NCBI GenBank assembly: GCA_964570665.1 | Contig: CAZMZH010000002.1 | Coordinates: 365,642 to 429,641 of the forward strand | Origin: an uncultured Nitrospinota bacterium | GTDB lineage: Bacteria > Nitrospinota > Nitrospinia > Nitrospinales > JAJDAT01 | Reading direction: 5' to 3' | Length of the DNA: 64,000 bases | Part shown: piece after piece, positions 19,769-27,951 of the stretch | Layout: each line of letters begins with the position of its first letter | Numbering within the stretch: position 1 is the first letter of the stretch | The notes under the pieces: model-generated | What the model saw: the letters and a program-made list of their open reading frames with translations, nothing else | The model's database searches: none | What the model was told of the DNA's origin: nothing | Translations under genes and position numbers: made by a program

Positions 19769-22204
19769 ATGAAAAACTGGTCTTTAAACAAAAAAGCTAT
19801 ATTTGTATTTAGTTTGATGATCGTAGTTATGGGATTTTGCGCCTACGTCATTTTTGACTCCTTGAGTTCAGCTCAAAAAGACGCGGATATCACCAACGCT
19901 TTGGGAAGACAAAGAATGCTGAGTCAGGCTATGGGTAAAGCCGCTTTGGGTAACGCTATGGCTAAAAGCCGCAAGCAGAATATAGTTCAACGCGTAAAGT
20001 CTCTGGATCATTATATTACTCAAATGCGAGGAACTTATACAAAGCAGGTAATTGGGCCAGCTAAAGAAAATGGTCTTGCAATTAGCATGGACCCCGAATC
20101 CGAAGGGCATCCGGCAATTCCTTTTCCCGCTACTTTGACGCGAATGGTGAACGCTAAGTTTGGAGCTGGCAGAGATTTTACTATCGATATTATTTCTCCA
20201 GATCCTGTAAACCCTGATAAAGGGTTAATCACGGATTTTGATAAAGAAGCTTATGAGTTTTTAACAAAAAAATCGAAAAGTGTTTTTACAAGAACTTTTG
20301 AATTGGACGATAAATTATATATCAGATTATATACCGCCGATAAGGCTACCGTTCAAGTTTGCGCTGATTGTCATATGGCTTTGAAGGGCGGAAAACGTTT
20401 TGCAATTGGAGATATTTTAGGTATCAGAAAGTACAATTTGTTGTTTTCAGCCGATATTTCTAGAGGGCGAAACGAATTAAACGCAAGCTTAACGGAGTTT
20501 GACCACGCTAAACAAATTTTTAAAGATACTTTAAAGGCTATGAGAAAGGGAGGGGAATATCCTGCAGATATGGGATTTAAAAAGTCGGTATCCGTAAACG
20601 CCATAAATAACGAAACAATTCAAGATAATCTTGAAGAAGTGGATAGAGTTTTTAACAAGTTTTTGGCGGCAGTGGATAACCTTCTTACTTCGGAAGTAAA
20701 TTCTCCAAGATATAGAGACGCGCAACAAGAAATTGTAAGTTTATCAAATGAATTGCGAGATAAGAGCAATAAGATTGTGGATTTGTATAATCGACTAGCC
20801 AATGAAAATCAAAAGCGTATAAAAAGTATAGTCATAGTTTTTGTTATTTTGATTTTAGCGGCTTTGATTAGCATAGCTTATTTCTTTTCTACTTCTGTTG
20901 TAAAACCGGTCCGTAAAATTTCTGGAGTTATGGGCGAAGTAGCCAAGGGAAATTTTATGCAGGAAAACTTGCCAGTGGTTTCTGAAGACGAAATTGGAGT
21001 ATTGTCCGATACTTATAATACGATGTTAGGCACCATGCGGCAAATTGTTAATCAGGCTAAAGATATAGCCGATGGCGATTTATCGAAAACTTATGAGTTG
21101 AAAGGAGAACTTTCTGTTGCTTTTGGGAAGATGACCAATGAGCTTAGAGACAAGCAAAACGCTGATATCGAATTTAAAGAAATGGCGACAGAGAGAGAAT
21201 CGCAGGCGGAAGATTTAAAGAATAAGGTCGACGCCATTTTGGAATGCGTTAGCGCTGCGGCAAAAGGAGACTTGAGCAAACATATAGATGTGAAGGGAGA
21301 ATCTGCCATCGGCCAAATGGGAGAAGGTCTGGAAATGTTTTTTGATAATTTGTCGACTAACATGAAGGGGATAGCTAACATGGCAAACGATTTGGCATTT
21401 TCCGCAAAAGAGATTTCAAGTTCTGTCCAAGATCAGGCATCGGTTTCCGCCGAGCAATCGGCGTCTGTAACTGAAATTTCTTCCACCGTAGAAGAACTTT
21501 CGGCTTCGTCAAATCAAGTCGCGGAGAATGCAGATTCTGTAGCCCGTATTTCAGCCGATTCGTTGCATGACTCTGAACGGGGTATGAAAGCTATTGGGTC
21601 TTTAAAGCTTAAGATGGATGAGATTTCTGAGGATAATCAGGGAGGAATGAAAGAAATTGTCGAATTAGGTAGAAAATCTAATGAAATTGGTAAAGTTATG
21701 GAAATAATTAACAATATTGCGGATCAAACCAAGTTAATTGCGTTTAATGCCGCTATAGAAGCCTCTAGCGCAGGTGAAGCGGGAAAACGTTTTGGAGTTG
21801 TAGCGGTTGAAATTCGCCAATTAGCAGATAATGTTATGGATTCGACGGGCGAAATCCAAAGCAAAATTGATGAAATTCAACAGGCTATTAATAGGTTAGT
21901 TATAAATTCAGAGCAAGGATCCAATCGAATTAAAGAAGGAAATATGTTGGCTGGACAAACAATTGAAGAATTAGAAAGATTGGTCGATAGAGCTAAAAGC
22001 GCTGCTGATGCGGCGTCTCAAATTTCTCTTTCGACAAAACAACAAAAAACGGGCACTGAACAAGTATTGTCGGCATTAAAAGAAATTGTTAATGGAACGC
22101 GGCAATCGTCGTCTGCGATTAAGCAAACCTCGAATGTGACGCATAAATTATCTGAAATGTCAGAAAGACTGAACGAACTAGTTAGTAGGTTTAAACTAGA
22201 TTAA
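19769..22204 (+). CDS. Methyl-accepting chemotaxis protein with a PilJ/NarX-type N-terminal motif and a CXXCH-containing periplasmic sensor domain
   Basis: TM1 (aa ~10-30), a ~320-aa periplasmic region with GRQRMLSQAMGKA and CADCH (nt 20360-20374), then TM2, HAMP-like segments and a signalling hairpin (IADQTKLIAFNAAIEASSAGEAGKRFGVVAVEIRQLAD). Confidence 0.9.
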   Translation: MKNWSLNKKAIFVFSLMIVVMGFCAYVIFDSLSSAQKDADITNALGRQRMLSQAMGKAALGNAMAKSRKQNIVQRVKSLDHYITQMRGTYTKQVIGPAKENGLAISMDPESEGHPAIPFPATLTRMVNAKFGAGRDFTIDIISPDPVNPDKGLITDFDKEAYEFLTKKSKSVFTRTFELDDKLYIRLYTADKATVQVCADCHMALKGGKRFAIGDILGIRKYNLLFSADISRGRNELNASLTEFDHAKQIFKDTLKAMRKGGEYPADMGFKKSVSVNAINNETIQDNLEEVDRVFNKFLAAVDNLLTSEVNSPRYRDAQQEIVSLSNELRDKSNKIVDLYNRLANENQKRIKSIVIVFVILILAALISIAYFFSTSVVKPVRKISGVMGEVAKGNFMQENLPVVSEDEIGVLSDTYNTMLGTMRQIVNQAKDIADGDLSKTYELKGELSVAFGKMTNELRDKQNADIEFKEMATERESQAEDLKNKVDAILECVSAAAKGDLSKHIDVKGESAIGQMGEGLEMFFDNLSTNMKGIANMANDLAFSAKEISSSVQDQASVSAEQSASVTEISSTVEELSASSNQVAENADSVARISADSLHDSERGMKAIGSLKLKMDEISEDNQGGMKEIVELGRKSNEIGKVMEIINNIADQTKLIAFNAAIEASSAGEAGKRFGVVAVEIRQLADNVMDSTGEIQSKIDEIQQAINRLVINSEQGSNRIKEGNMLAGQTIEELERLVDRAKSAADAASQISLSTKQQKTGTEQVLSALKEIVNGTRQSSSAIKQTSNVTHKLSEMSERLNELVSRFKLD

Positions 22205-22495
22205 ATTATAGTTTTTTAGGGATATCTTGAACTTTTTACCAATTAAACTTTGGTCTAACATTGTCGAAGTAAAGCGATCTAGAAATAACTGAATATTTTT
22301 TCGTATCGCATAAATTGAGTTACTCAAGGTTTTTGATTTTCTTTTAACCGGAGTAATATTGTTTTGTTTTAAAATTTGACGTTTTATTACTGTTTTAAAG
22401 GTTTCTGCAGTTATTTCTCCCGCAATCAGTTTCTTTTTTAGGCCCTGAACTCCTTTTGGGTTTAATCTAGTGTTTAATGTTACTGATTTGCCCAT
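22196..22495 (-). CDS. Hypothetical small basic protein (trimmed from the 150-aa track ORF)
   Basis: Internal ATG at 22495 is preceded by GGAAGGAAG. The longer form would overlap the divergent lipoprotein gene start. No family recognised. Confidence 0.3.
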   Translation of the reverse strand: MGKSVTLNTRLNPKGVQGLKKKLIAGEITAETFKTVIKRQILKQNNITPVKRKSKTLSNSIYAIRKNIQLFLDRFTSTMLDQSLIGKKFKISLKNYNLI

Positions 22496-22635
22496 AAAAC
22501 TTCCTTCCAAATAACGTTTTGCGTCAAAATTCCGATAAATATTATAAGGTGCAAAGCTAATGCCATTTTTTGTTTTATTAATTTTGCTTGCTAGTTTTAA
22601 AACCGCAAAAAGCGTGCAATATATTCTGATTTTGG

Positions 22636-23484
22636 GTGGAGGAAGCAATAATTAGCCTATTTTTAAAAAATACTAAGAAACATTTGTTCTTGGCGGCAGG
22701 AATTTTGGTGCTTTGGGCATCATTATTAGGTTGTGGTCAAAGCGAAGAAGAAATTATCGTAGTTGCTTCCGCTTTAAGATTAGATACGACCGCAGGCTTA
22801 CCCTACGATCAAATGGTTTTAGAAATTAGTTTTGAGCCTAATTTAAAAATTGATTCTTCGAAAAAAGACAAAGGTTCTAACGATAAAGATTTTTTGCTAC
22901 AACGCACGGAAGACGTAAAAATCCTTCCAGAATCTGAAATTAATCTCAATTATTTAAATCTTGATCGTTTTGAAGATTCTTTAGCGTATAAAAATAAAGC
23001 TGAGTTGGACGCAAGGCCAAATATAGGTATTGCCGAAAGGTTGCGTGTGGCTGATAAAAAACTTATTTTTGGAGGAAAGGGGTTTGATACTCGGGATTTT
23101 GAGGAATTAAATGATGGAAAGTTAAGCGGAGACTTTTCAACTTATATCAATCCTCCAAGGGAAAAATCAGCAAATCTTGGCGCCAAAGGCATTACAAACA
23201 TGAACCAAAAATTGCGACCAGAGGAAAAAAGCCTAATTTTTCATGGGGCTTTTTCTGCTTTAACGGAAACAGAAATCGAAATATCCTTAAACAATGAGGA
23301 AAATCAGAAAAAGAAGAAAAGTGTTAGAAATAATTTTCAAGAAACAAAAAAAATTCCTGAAACTTTAGTTCATTTAAAAAAGAGCCCTGAAGGGTTGATT
23401 CAGCTAAGACCTACAAGCAGCTCTTTGGACTTATTAAGGGAAAATCCGAGTATTATAAAAGACCGTTTTAGTAAAACTCCCTAA
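22636..23484 (+). CDS. Hypothetical lipoprotein
   Basis: 282 aa with an N-terminal signal and lipobox (ILVLWASLLG|C). GTG start. No domain recognised. Confidence 0.5.
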   Translation: MEEAIISLFLKNTKKHLFLAAGILVLWASLLGCGQSEEEIIVVASALRLDTTAGLPYDQMVLEISFEPNLKIDSSKKDKGSNDKDFLLQRTEDVKILPESEINLNYLNLDRFEDSLAYKNKAELDARPNIGIAERLRVADKKLIFGGKGFDTRDFEELNDGKLSGDFSTYINPPREKSANLGAKGITNMNQKLRPEEKSLIFHGAFSALTETEIEISLNNEENQKKKKSVRNNFQETKKIPETLVHLKKSPEGLIQLRPTSSSLDLLRENPSIIKDRFSKTP

Positions 23485-23493
23485 GAATTTTTA

Positions 23494-23682
23494 TTAATTC
23501 TCAACTTTTTCAGTCAAAGAATTTGTATTTGATATTCCTTGATCGATTGTTTTATTAGTTTTTGATGTTCTTTCCGGGTTTTGATACCAATAGAAAAAAA
23601 CCCAAAAGCCAATCATGAAGGCCCAAATAAAAATTTTACGGGTTTTACTAATTTCAGGTTTTTTATATGATTTTTCTTCCAT
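23494..23682 (-). CDS. Small single-pass membrane protein, hypothetical
   Basis: 62-aa ORF 36 bp downstream of the FGE-like gene on the same strand. One aromatic-rich TM helix (IFIWAFMIGFWVFFYWY). Confidence 0.35.
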   Translation of the reverse strand: MEEKSYKKPEISKTRKIFIWAFMIGFWVFFYWYQNPERTSKTNKTIDQGISNTNSLTEKVEN

Positions 23683-23718
23683 TTTTTTGTTGTTGGAGAA
23701 ATGAAAAAGTTATTTTAT

Positions 23719-24807
23719 TTAAGGTTTAAAACTTGAAGAGATATTTTCTTTAATATCTTTCGCGCAACGAAAGCCAAAACTATTATTTTTTACTTCGGGA
23801 GTAAAAAAACTGCGGTTAAATGTAGGAGCGCTTAATCCACACCCATAAGATAAACAATCGAACCAAGATCCTCCCTTCAATACTCTATTCCTTTTTCCAT
23901 ATTCTGGACGGGGGATGGTGTTGCCTTCATGCGGTAGATAGAAGCTATCTACCCATTCCCAGACATTCCCGGACATATCGTGCAATCCATATGGGCTTTT
24001 CCCTTGAGGGTAAGAGCCTATTGGTTTAGTTCCTGTGGAACCAATATAAGGATTGTTTGACCTATCTAGGCTCCATTTGTTTCCCCAGGGATAGATTAAT
24101 CCGTTTTCCCCTCGAGCTGCTTTTTCCCACTCTTCCTCAGTAGGCAATCGTTTTCCCGACCAATTGCAGTAATTAGTTGCATCAAACCAATTTACATAAA
24201 TTACGGGGTGTTTTTCCTTTCCTTTGGGTATTTGTCCTTTTGCCCAGTGGTAAGGGGGCTCTGAGTTTGTTGCATCAACATATTTTTTATAATCTTGATT
24301 GGTTATTTCGAACAGATCTATATAAAACGCTTTCGTTTCCGTTATAAACTCAGGAGATTCATCATCCCACCGGTCATTAGAACCCATGATGAACTCCCCC
24401 TTTGGAATAAAGGCCATGTTTTCAGGAGTGAGTTTATTAGCTTTTGATTTCACCTTTTTTGTAAGCTTAAAATCTGGTTGGTGAGTTATATCTGGGGTTA
24501 TTTGAAGGTTATTAGAAGCAATTTTAAGTCTTTTTGGAGTTTTATTTTTTAAGCTTGATCTAAATGGCGATACTGGAATAGCGCTTTTTCTATTTGAGTG
24601 ACACTGTTTGCAGGAGTCCAACTCAAGTTTATTTTTTTTAATATTAGTCAGGTTTTCTGGCAGGTGACAACTCGTTTGGCAAGTTTGGTTAGAACTTTTA
24701 AAATGAGAAAATTTTTCAAAACCGAAAACAGAAGAAACTATATTAAATATAAAGAAGGCCTGAAAAATAAAAAAAATATAAAAAGTTAAGCGTATTTGAT
24801 TTAACAT
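23719..24807 (-). CDS. Formylglycine-generating-enzyme family protein (FGE-sulfatase/SUMF1 fold) with N-terminal membrane anchor and heme-c-type Cys motifs
   Basis: FGE motifs RLPTEEEWEKAARG, YPWGN, GNVWEWV, RVLKGGSW. A C-x4-C pair (CLSYGC) sits where the FGE copper-binding Cys pair lies. The N-terminus has a hydrophobic helix plus CQTSCH (24664-24681) and CKQCH (24598-24612). Confidence 0.8.
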   Translation of the reverse strand: MLNQIRLTFYIFFIFQAFFIFNIVSSVFGFEKFSHFKSSNQTCQTSCHLPENLTNIKKNKLELDSCKQCHSNRKSAIPVSPFRSSLKNKTPKRLKIASNNLQITPDITHQPDFKLTKKVKSKANKLTPENMAFIPKGEFIMGSNDRWDDESPEFITETKAFYIDLFEITNQDYKKYVDATNSEPPYHWAKGQIPKGKEKHPVIYVNWFDATNYCNWSGKRLPTEEEWEKAARGENGLIYPWGNKWSLDRSNNPYIGSTGTKPIGSYPQGKSPYGLHDMSGNVWEWVDSFYLPHEGNTIPRPEYGKRNRVLKGGSWFDCLSYGCGLSAPTFNRSFFTPEVKNNSFGFRCAKDIKENISSSFKP

Positions 24808-24865
24808 TTAAAAGGAGCGTTGATTTTAAATAGTGGGATAATTCATTAAATATGAATGATATAAA

Positions 24866-25705
24866 ATGGGATTAAGCGAGTCAAAGCAAAAATTTTTTCA
24901 AATGGATCAATCTGACTGGCGTTTTATGGGTGGCGGTTTGGCGGAAGGCGCCGATAATATGGCTGAAGATATGGCCTGTCTGCAGTCATGCGAACATGGG
25001 AATTCTCCTCCAACGATTAAACTTTATGGTTGGAAAAATCCTACCCTAACGGTTGGTTATTCCCAAAAGCCTAATAAATTAATAAATATAGGAAAAGCTC
25101 GACAATTGGATATTCCCATTATTCGCAGGCCGACAGGAGGGAGGGTGCTTTTGCATAATCAAGAGCTAACATATAGTTTGATTGCTCCAAATGAGCATCC
25201 TCTTTTTGGAGGAGATATAAAGAATTCTATGTGCGTTATTTCAGAGTTATTAACAGAGTGTCTTGTGAAATTAGGTTGTTCTAGAACCGATATCAAGTTT
25301 GCCCTTCCTACCCGGTCCAGAAGCCAACTCGGACCAGCTTGTTTTTCTTTAGCAAACCATTATGAATTGACTTGCTGCGGAAAAAAAATAATTGGGAGCG
25401 CCCAGAGGCGAATGAAGCGGGCGTTTTTACAACATGGTTCTCTTATTTTAGAGTTTAATAGGCCCTTTTTAAATTCGCTACTATTTTTTGAAAATTCTCA
25501 GTTAGCTCAAGATAATTTAACGAAATTGATAGAGTCTTCCATTGCTATTGATGAGTATTTTGGTTCTCCAATCTTATTTGAACGCGTTTTTAATGTCTTT
25601 AAAGATGGTTTTTCCAATTTTTTAAGAAGTGAATTAAAATCAGGAATGTTGACTCATGAAGAAATGGAATATAGAGGACAATGGTTAAAAGATTGTAGGC
25701 TGTGA
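24866..25705 (+). CDS. Biotin/lipoate A/B protein ligase family protein (LplA/LipM-like octanoyl/lipoyl transferase)
   Basis: 279 aa with ADNMAEDMA, PPTIKLYGWKNPTLTVGYSQ, IIRRPTGGRVLLH and KIIGSAQRR, which contains the conserved Lys. Start may be the second Met at 24902. Confidence 0.75.
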   Translation: MGLSESKQKFFQMDQSDWRFMGGGLAEGADNMAEDMACLQSCEHGNSPPTIKLYGWKNPTLTVGYSQKPNKLINIGKARQLDIPIIRRPTGGRVLLHNQELTYSLIAPNEHPLFGGDIKNSMCVISELLTECLVKLGCSRTDIKFALPTRSRSQLGPACFSLANHYELTCCGKKIIGSAQRRMKRAFLQHGSLILEFNRPFLNSLLFFENSQLAQDNLTKLIESSIAIDEYFGSPILFERVFNVFKDGFSNFLRSELKSGMLTHEEMEYRGQWLKDCRL

Positions 25706-25834
25706 ATTTATGCCATTTCTTCGGAAGTTTTTTTTTATATAACGTTATGATACAATTACCGTCTTTGGAATTGTCTGTTTTTCTAAAAAACCCTATAAAA
25801 GGGTTCCATTTTCTCATTTTTATGTTGTGGAAGA

Positions 25835-26695
25835 ATGATAAAGTTTAGATTTTGGGGAGTAAGAGGTAGCGTTCCTTCTGGGAGCCCTGATACCGCAAAA
25901 TTTGGCGGTAATACTACTTGCCTAGAAGTTCGTTGCAATGAAGAATTGCTGATTTTTGATAGCGGCACCGGAATACGATATTTGGGTAATGAACTGATGA
26001 AGAGCTTGCCTATAAAAGGCAAGATTTTTTATTCCCATGTTCATTGGGATCACATTCAAGGGTTACCTTTTTTTACTCCACTTTACGTTCCCGGTAATGA
26101 GTTTCAAATTTATGGCGGCTCTAGTATGCCTGTTACGATTGAAGAGACTCTAAAAAAACAAATGACAGCCCCTTGTTTTCCAGTGCCAATGGATATAATG
26201 GGAGCAAAAATTGAGTTTTTTGACGTTGCTCCTGGAGATATTGTTAATGGGGAGAGTTACCAAGTTTCATTTGCTAGTCAGAACCACCCCAATAATTCTT
26301 TTGCTTTTAGGATAGATTGTGAGGATCAATCGATAGTATTTGCTACCGATACAGAACATTATGAAGATAAAATGGACGAAAACCTGCTTAAGCTGTGCCA
26401 AGGTGCCGACTATTTAATTTATGATAGCCAGTACACTTATGACGAATATCATGGATTAAACGGTCAGATGTCTCGAAAAACTTGGGGACATAGTACAGCT
26501 GAAGAAGGTTTAAAGTTAGTTAAAGAAGCTGGCGTTAAAAACTTTGTCCTTTTCCATCATGATCCAACCCATAACGATGAATTTATTTGTAGACTTGAAC
26601 GAAATGCCAAGGAGGTTTTTCCAAATTCCATCGCCGCTTATGAAGGATTGGAAATTGAAGTGGGCAAACCCATCCCTGATTCTTTGTTTAGTTAA
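25835..26695 (+). CDS. MBL-fold metallo-hydrolase
   Basis: 286 aa with N-terminal FWGVRGSVP ... GGNTTCLEV, the HVHWDH metal motif, and later D/H ligands (TDTEH, FHHDP). Confidence 0.8.
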   Translation: MIKFRFWGVRGSVPSGSPDTAKFGGNTTCLEVRCNEELLIFDSGTGIRYLGNELMKSLPIKGKIFYSHVHWDHIQGLPFFTPLYVPGNEFQIYGGSSMPVTIEETLKKQMTAPCFPVPMDIMGAKIEFFDVAPGDIVNGESYQVSFASQNHPNNSFAFRIDCEDQSIVFATDTEHYEDKMDENLLKLCQGADYLIYDSQYTYDEYHGLNGQMSRKTWGHSTAEEGLKLVKEAGVKNFVLFHHDPTHNDEFICRLERNAKEVFPNSIAAYEGLEIEVGKPIPDSLFS

Positions 26696-27923
26696 ACTTT
26701 CCTTTTTTCTTTTTTTAGTCTTTTTTTTAGATAGTTGTTCCTCTACTAAAAAGATACTTGGCCCAGATCCCCAATCCCATCGTTATGTAGACCTTACAAA
26801 GAAATATTTTCCCGATTTGCCCACTGGTATTCGCAAAGCGCTTTTTTTCTTTGTCAATTCTGATAAAAAAATCGATTGGATGGCTTTGACCAGGCCAAGA
26901 GAAAAATACCCTAACCCTAGCCTTCATTTTTTTTTAAATAATAAAAATAAACCGTTTACGCGAATTAATCGAACCGGTTTTAATAATCCGTTAAAAGTTA
27001 AGCAGCTTGATATTTCTCCAGGGGATTTGACTAGAGATAGAGCGGAGGATTTGCTTTTGCTAGGCAATACTGGAAAAGGTAATCGTGCTCTAGTTTTTTT
27101 TAATAATAAAAAAGGGTACTTTTATCGCCCTCCAAAAGAGATAACTCCGAAAATTGATCCTTCCATGGATCGAGGTTTGCTTGTTGACCTGGATTATGAC
27201 GGAGATTTAGATATGTTTTTTACTCGAAGGGGTAAGGGAAGAGTAAAAAACTCTAACTCAGTACAATTTTTTGTAAATAATGGAAAAGGAGGTTTTATTG
27301 ATAGGACGTCCCTGCTATTTCCCAAAATAAATCATCCTATTTCTGGACTTTCTATAGCGGATTATGATGGAGATCAAGTTTTTGATATATTTTTATTGAA
27401 TTCTAATGGAAAAAATACGCTTTGGATAAATAATGGCTCTGGTAAGTTTAAGGACGCCTCATCTTATTCTCTTCCAAATATTCCAGCACATTACGCCTTT
27501 GCCGATTGGGCAGATTTTGATCAAGATGGGGATAACGATTTATTAGTTACCACTACAAATTTAACCAAACGGTTTTCGAGGTTTGAAGGCGAATATAGCT
27601 TTTTCTTAGAGAACGATGGGAAGGGTCATTTTACCAAGCGTTCATTAAAGCTTTTACCTAAATACCCATCAACGCGCGTTTATTTGTTAGACGCGGATGG
27701 TAATGATATTCCAGATATTATTATTATAAGTAAAAAAGGAGCTCACCTTTTGGTTGGCCATGGAGGTTGGAAGTTTTCCGATGAAACCTTGAGAAGATTC
27801 CCCAAGGATAGGAGACTTGATGAAATGACCTTTGGAGATGTTGATGGCGACGGTTATTTGGATATTTTTAGCGTGGATTCGAAAAAGGGAGTGGGAAAAC
27901 TGTGGGTTAGCCGTTTTGAATAA
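26640..27923 (+). CDS. FG-GAP/VCBS-repeat lipoprotein (start uncertain)
   Basis: Repeated Ca-binding-like loops DLDYDGDLDMFF, IADYDGDQVFDIFL, WADFDQDGDNDLLV, LLDADGNDIPDIII, FGDVDGDGYLDIF. A lipobox-like FFLDS|C follows a hydrophobic stretch. The first plausible ATG (26640) overlaps the MBL gene by 56 nt. Confidence 0.7.
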   Translation: MKDWKLKWANPSLILCLVKLSFFLFLVFFLDSCSSTKKILGPDPQSHRYVDLTKKYFPDLPTGIRKALFFFVNSDKKIDWMALTRPREKYPNPSLHFFLNNKNKPFTRINRTGFNNPLKVKQLDISPGDLTRDRAEDLLLLGNTGKGNRALVFFNNKKGYFYRPPKEITPKIDPSMDRGLLVDLDYDGDLDMFFTRRGKGRVKNSNSVQFFVNNGKGGFIDRTSLLFPKINHPISGLSIADYDGDQVFDIFLLNSNGKNTLWINNGSGKFKDASSYSLPNIPAHYAFADWADFDQDGDNDLLVTTTNLTKRFSRFEGEYSFFLENDGKGHFTKRSLKLLPKYPSTRVYLLDADGNDIPDIIIISKKGAHLLVGHGGWKFSDETLRRFPKDRRLDEMTFGDVDGDGYLDIFSVDSKKGVGKLWVSRFE

Positions 27924-27951
27924 GCTTCATGCTTAAACGACAGAGTATTTT

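Noticed and set aside
22496-22648. Full 150-aa form of the minus-strand ORF 22196-22648.
   Set aside because: Its first 51 codons overlap the divergent lipoprotein gene start and look non-protein-like. An internal ATG at 22495 has a good RBS. Even the trimmed ORF is low confidence.
23719-24807. Diversity-generating retroelement (DGR) target. The FGE-sulfatase protein here and the DUF1566 protein at 58898-59392 both have C-type-lectin-like folds, which DGRs often diversify.
   Set aside because: No reverse transcriptase ORF is in the window. I could find no template/variable repeat pair. The C-termini lack the Asn/AAC-rich variable-region look.
25835-26695. MBL-fold hydrolase as a class II cyclic-nucleotide phosphodiesterase partner for the nearby cyclase.
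   Set aside because: Only the generic HxHxDH metal motif is present (HVHWDH, versus the class II PDE signature HxHLDH...). It lies 7 kb from the cyclase in a different transcription unit. There is no basis beyond the fold.
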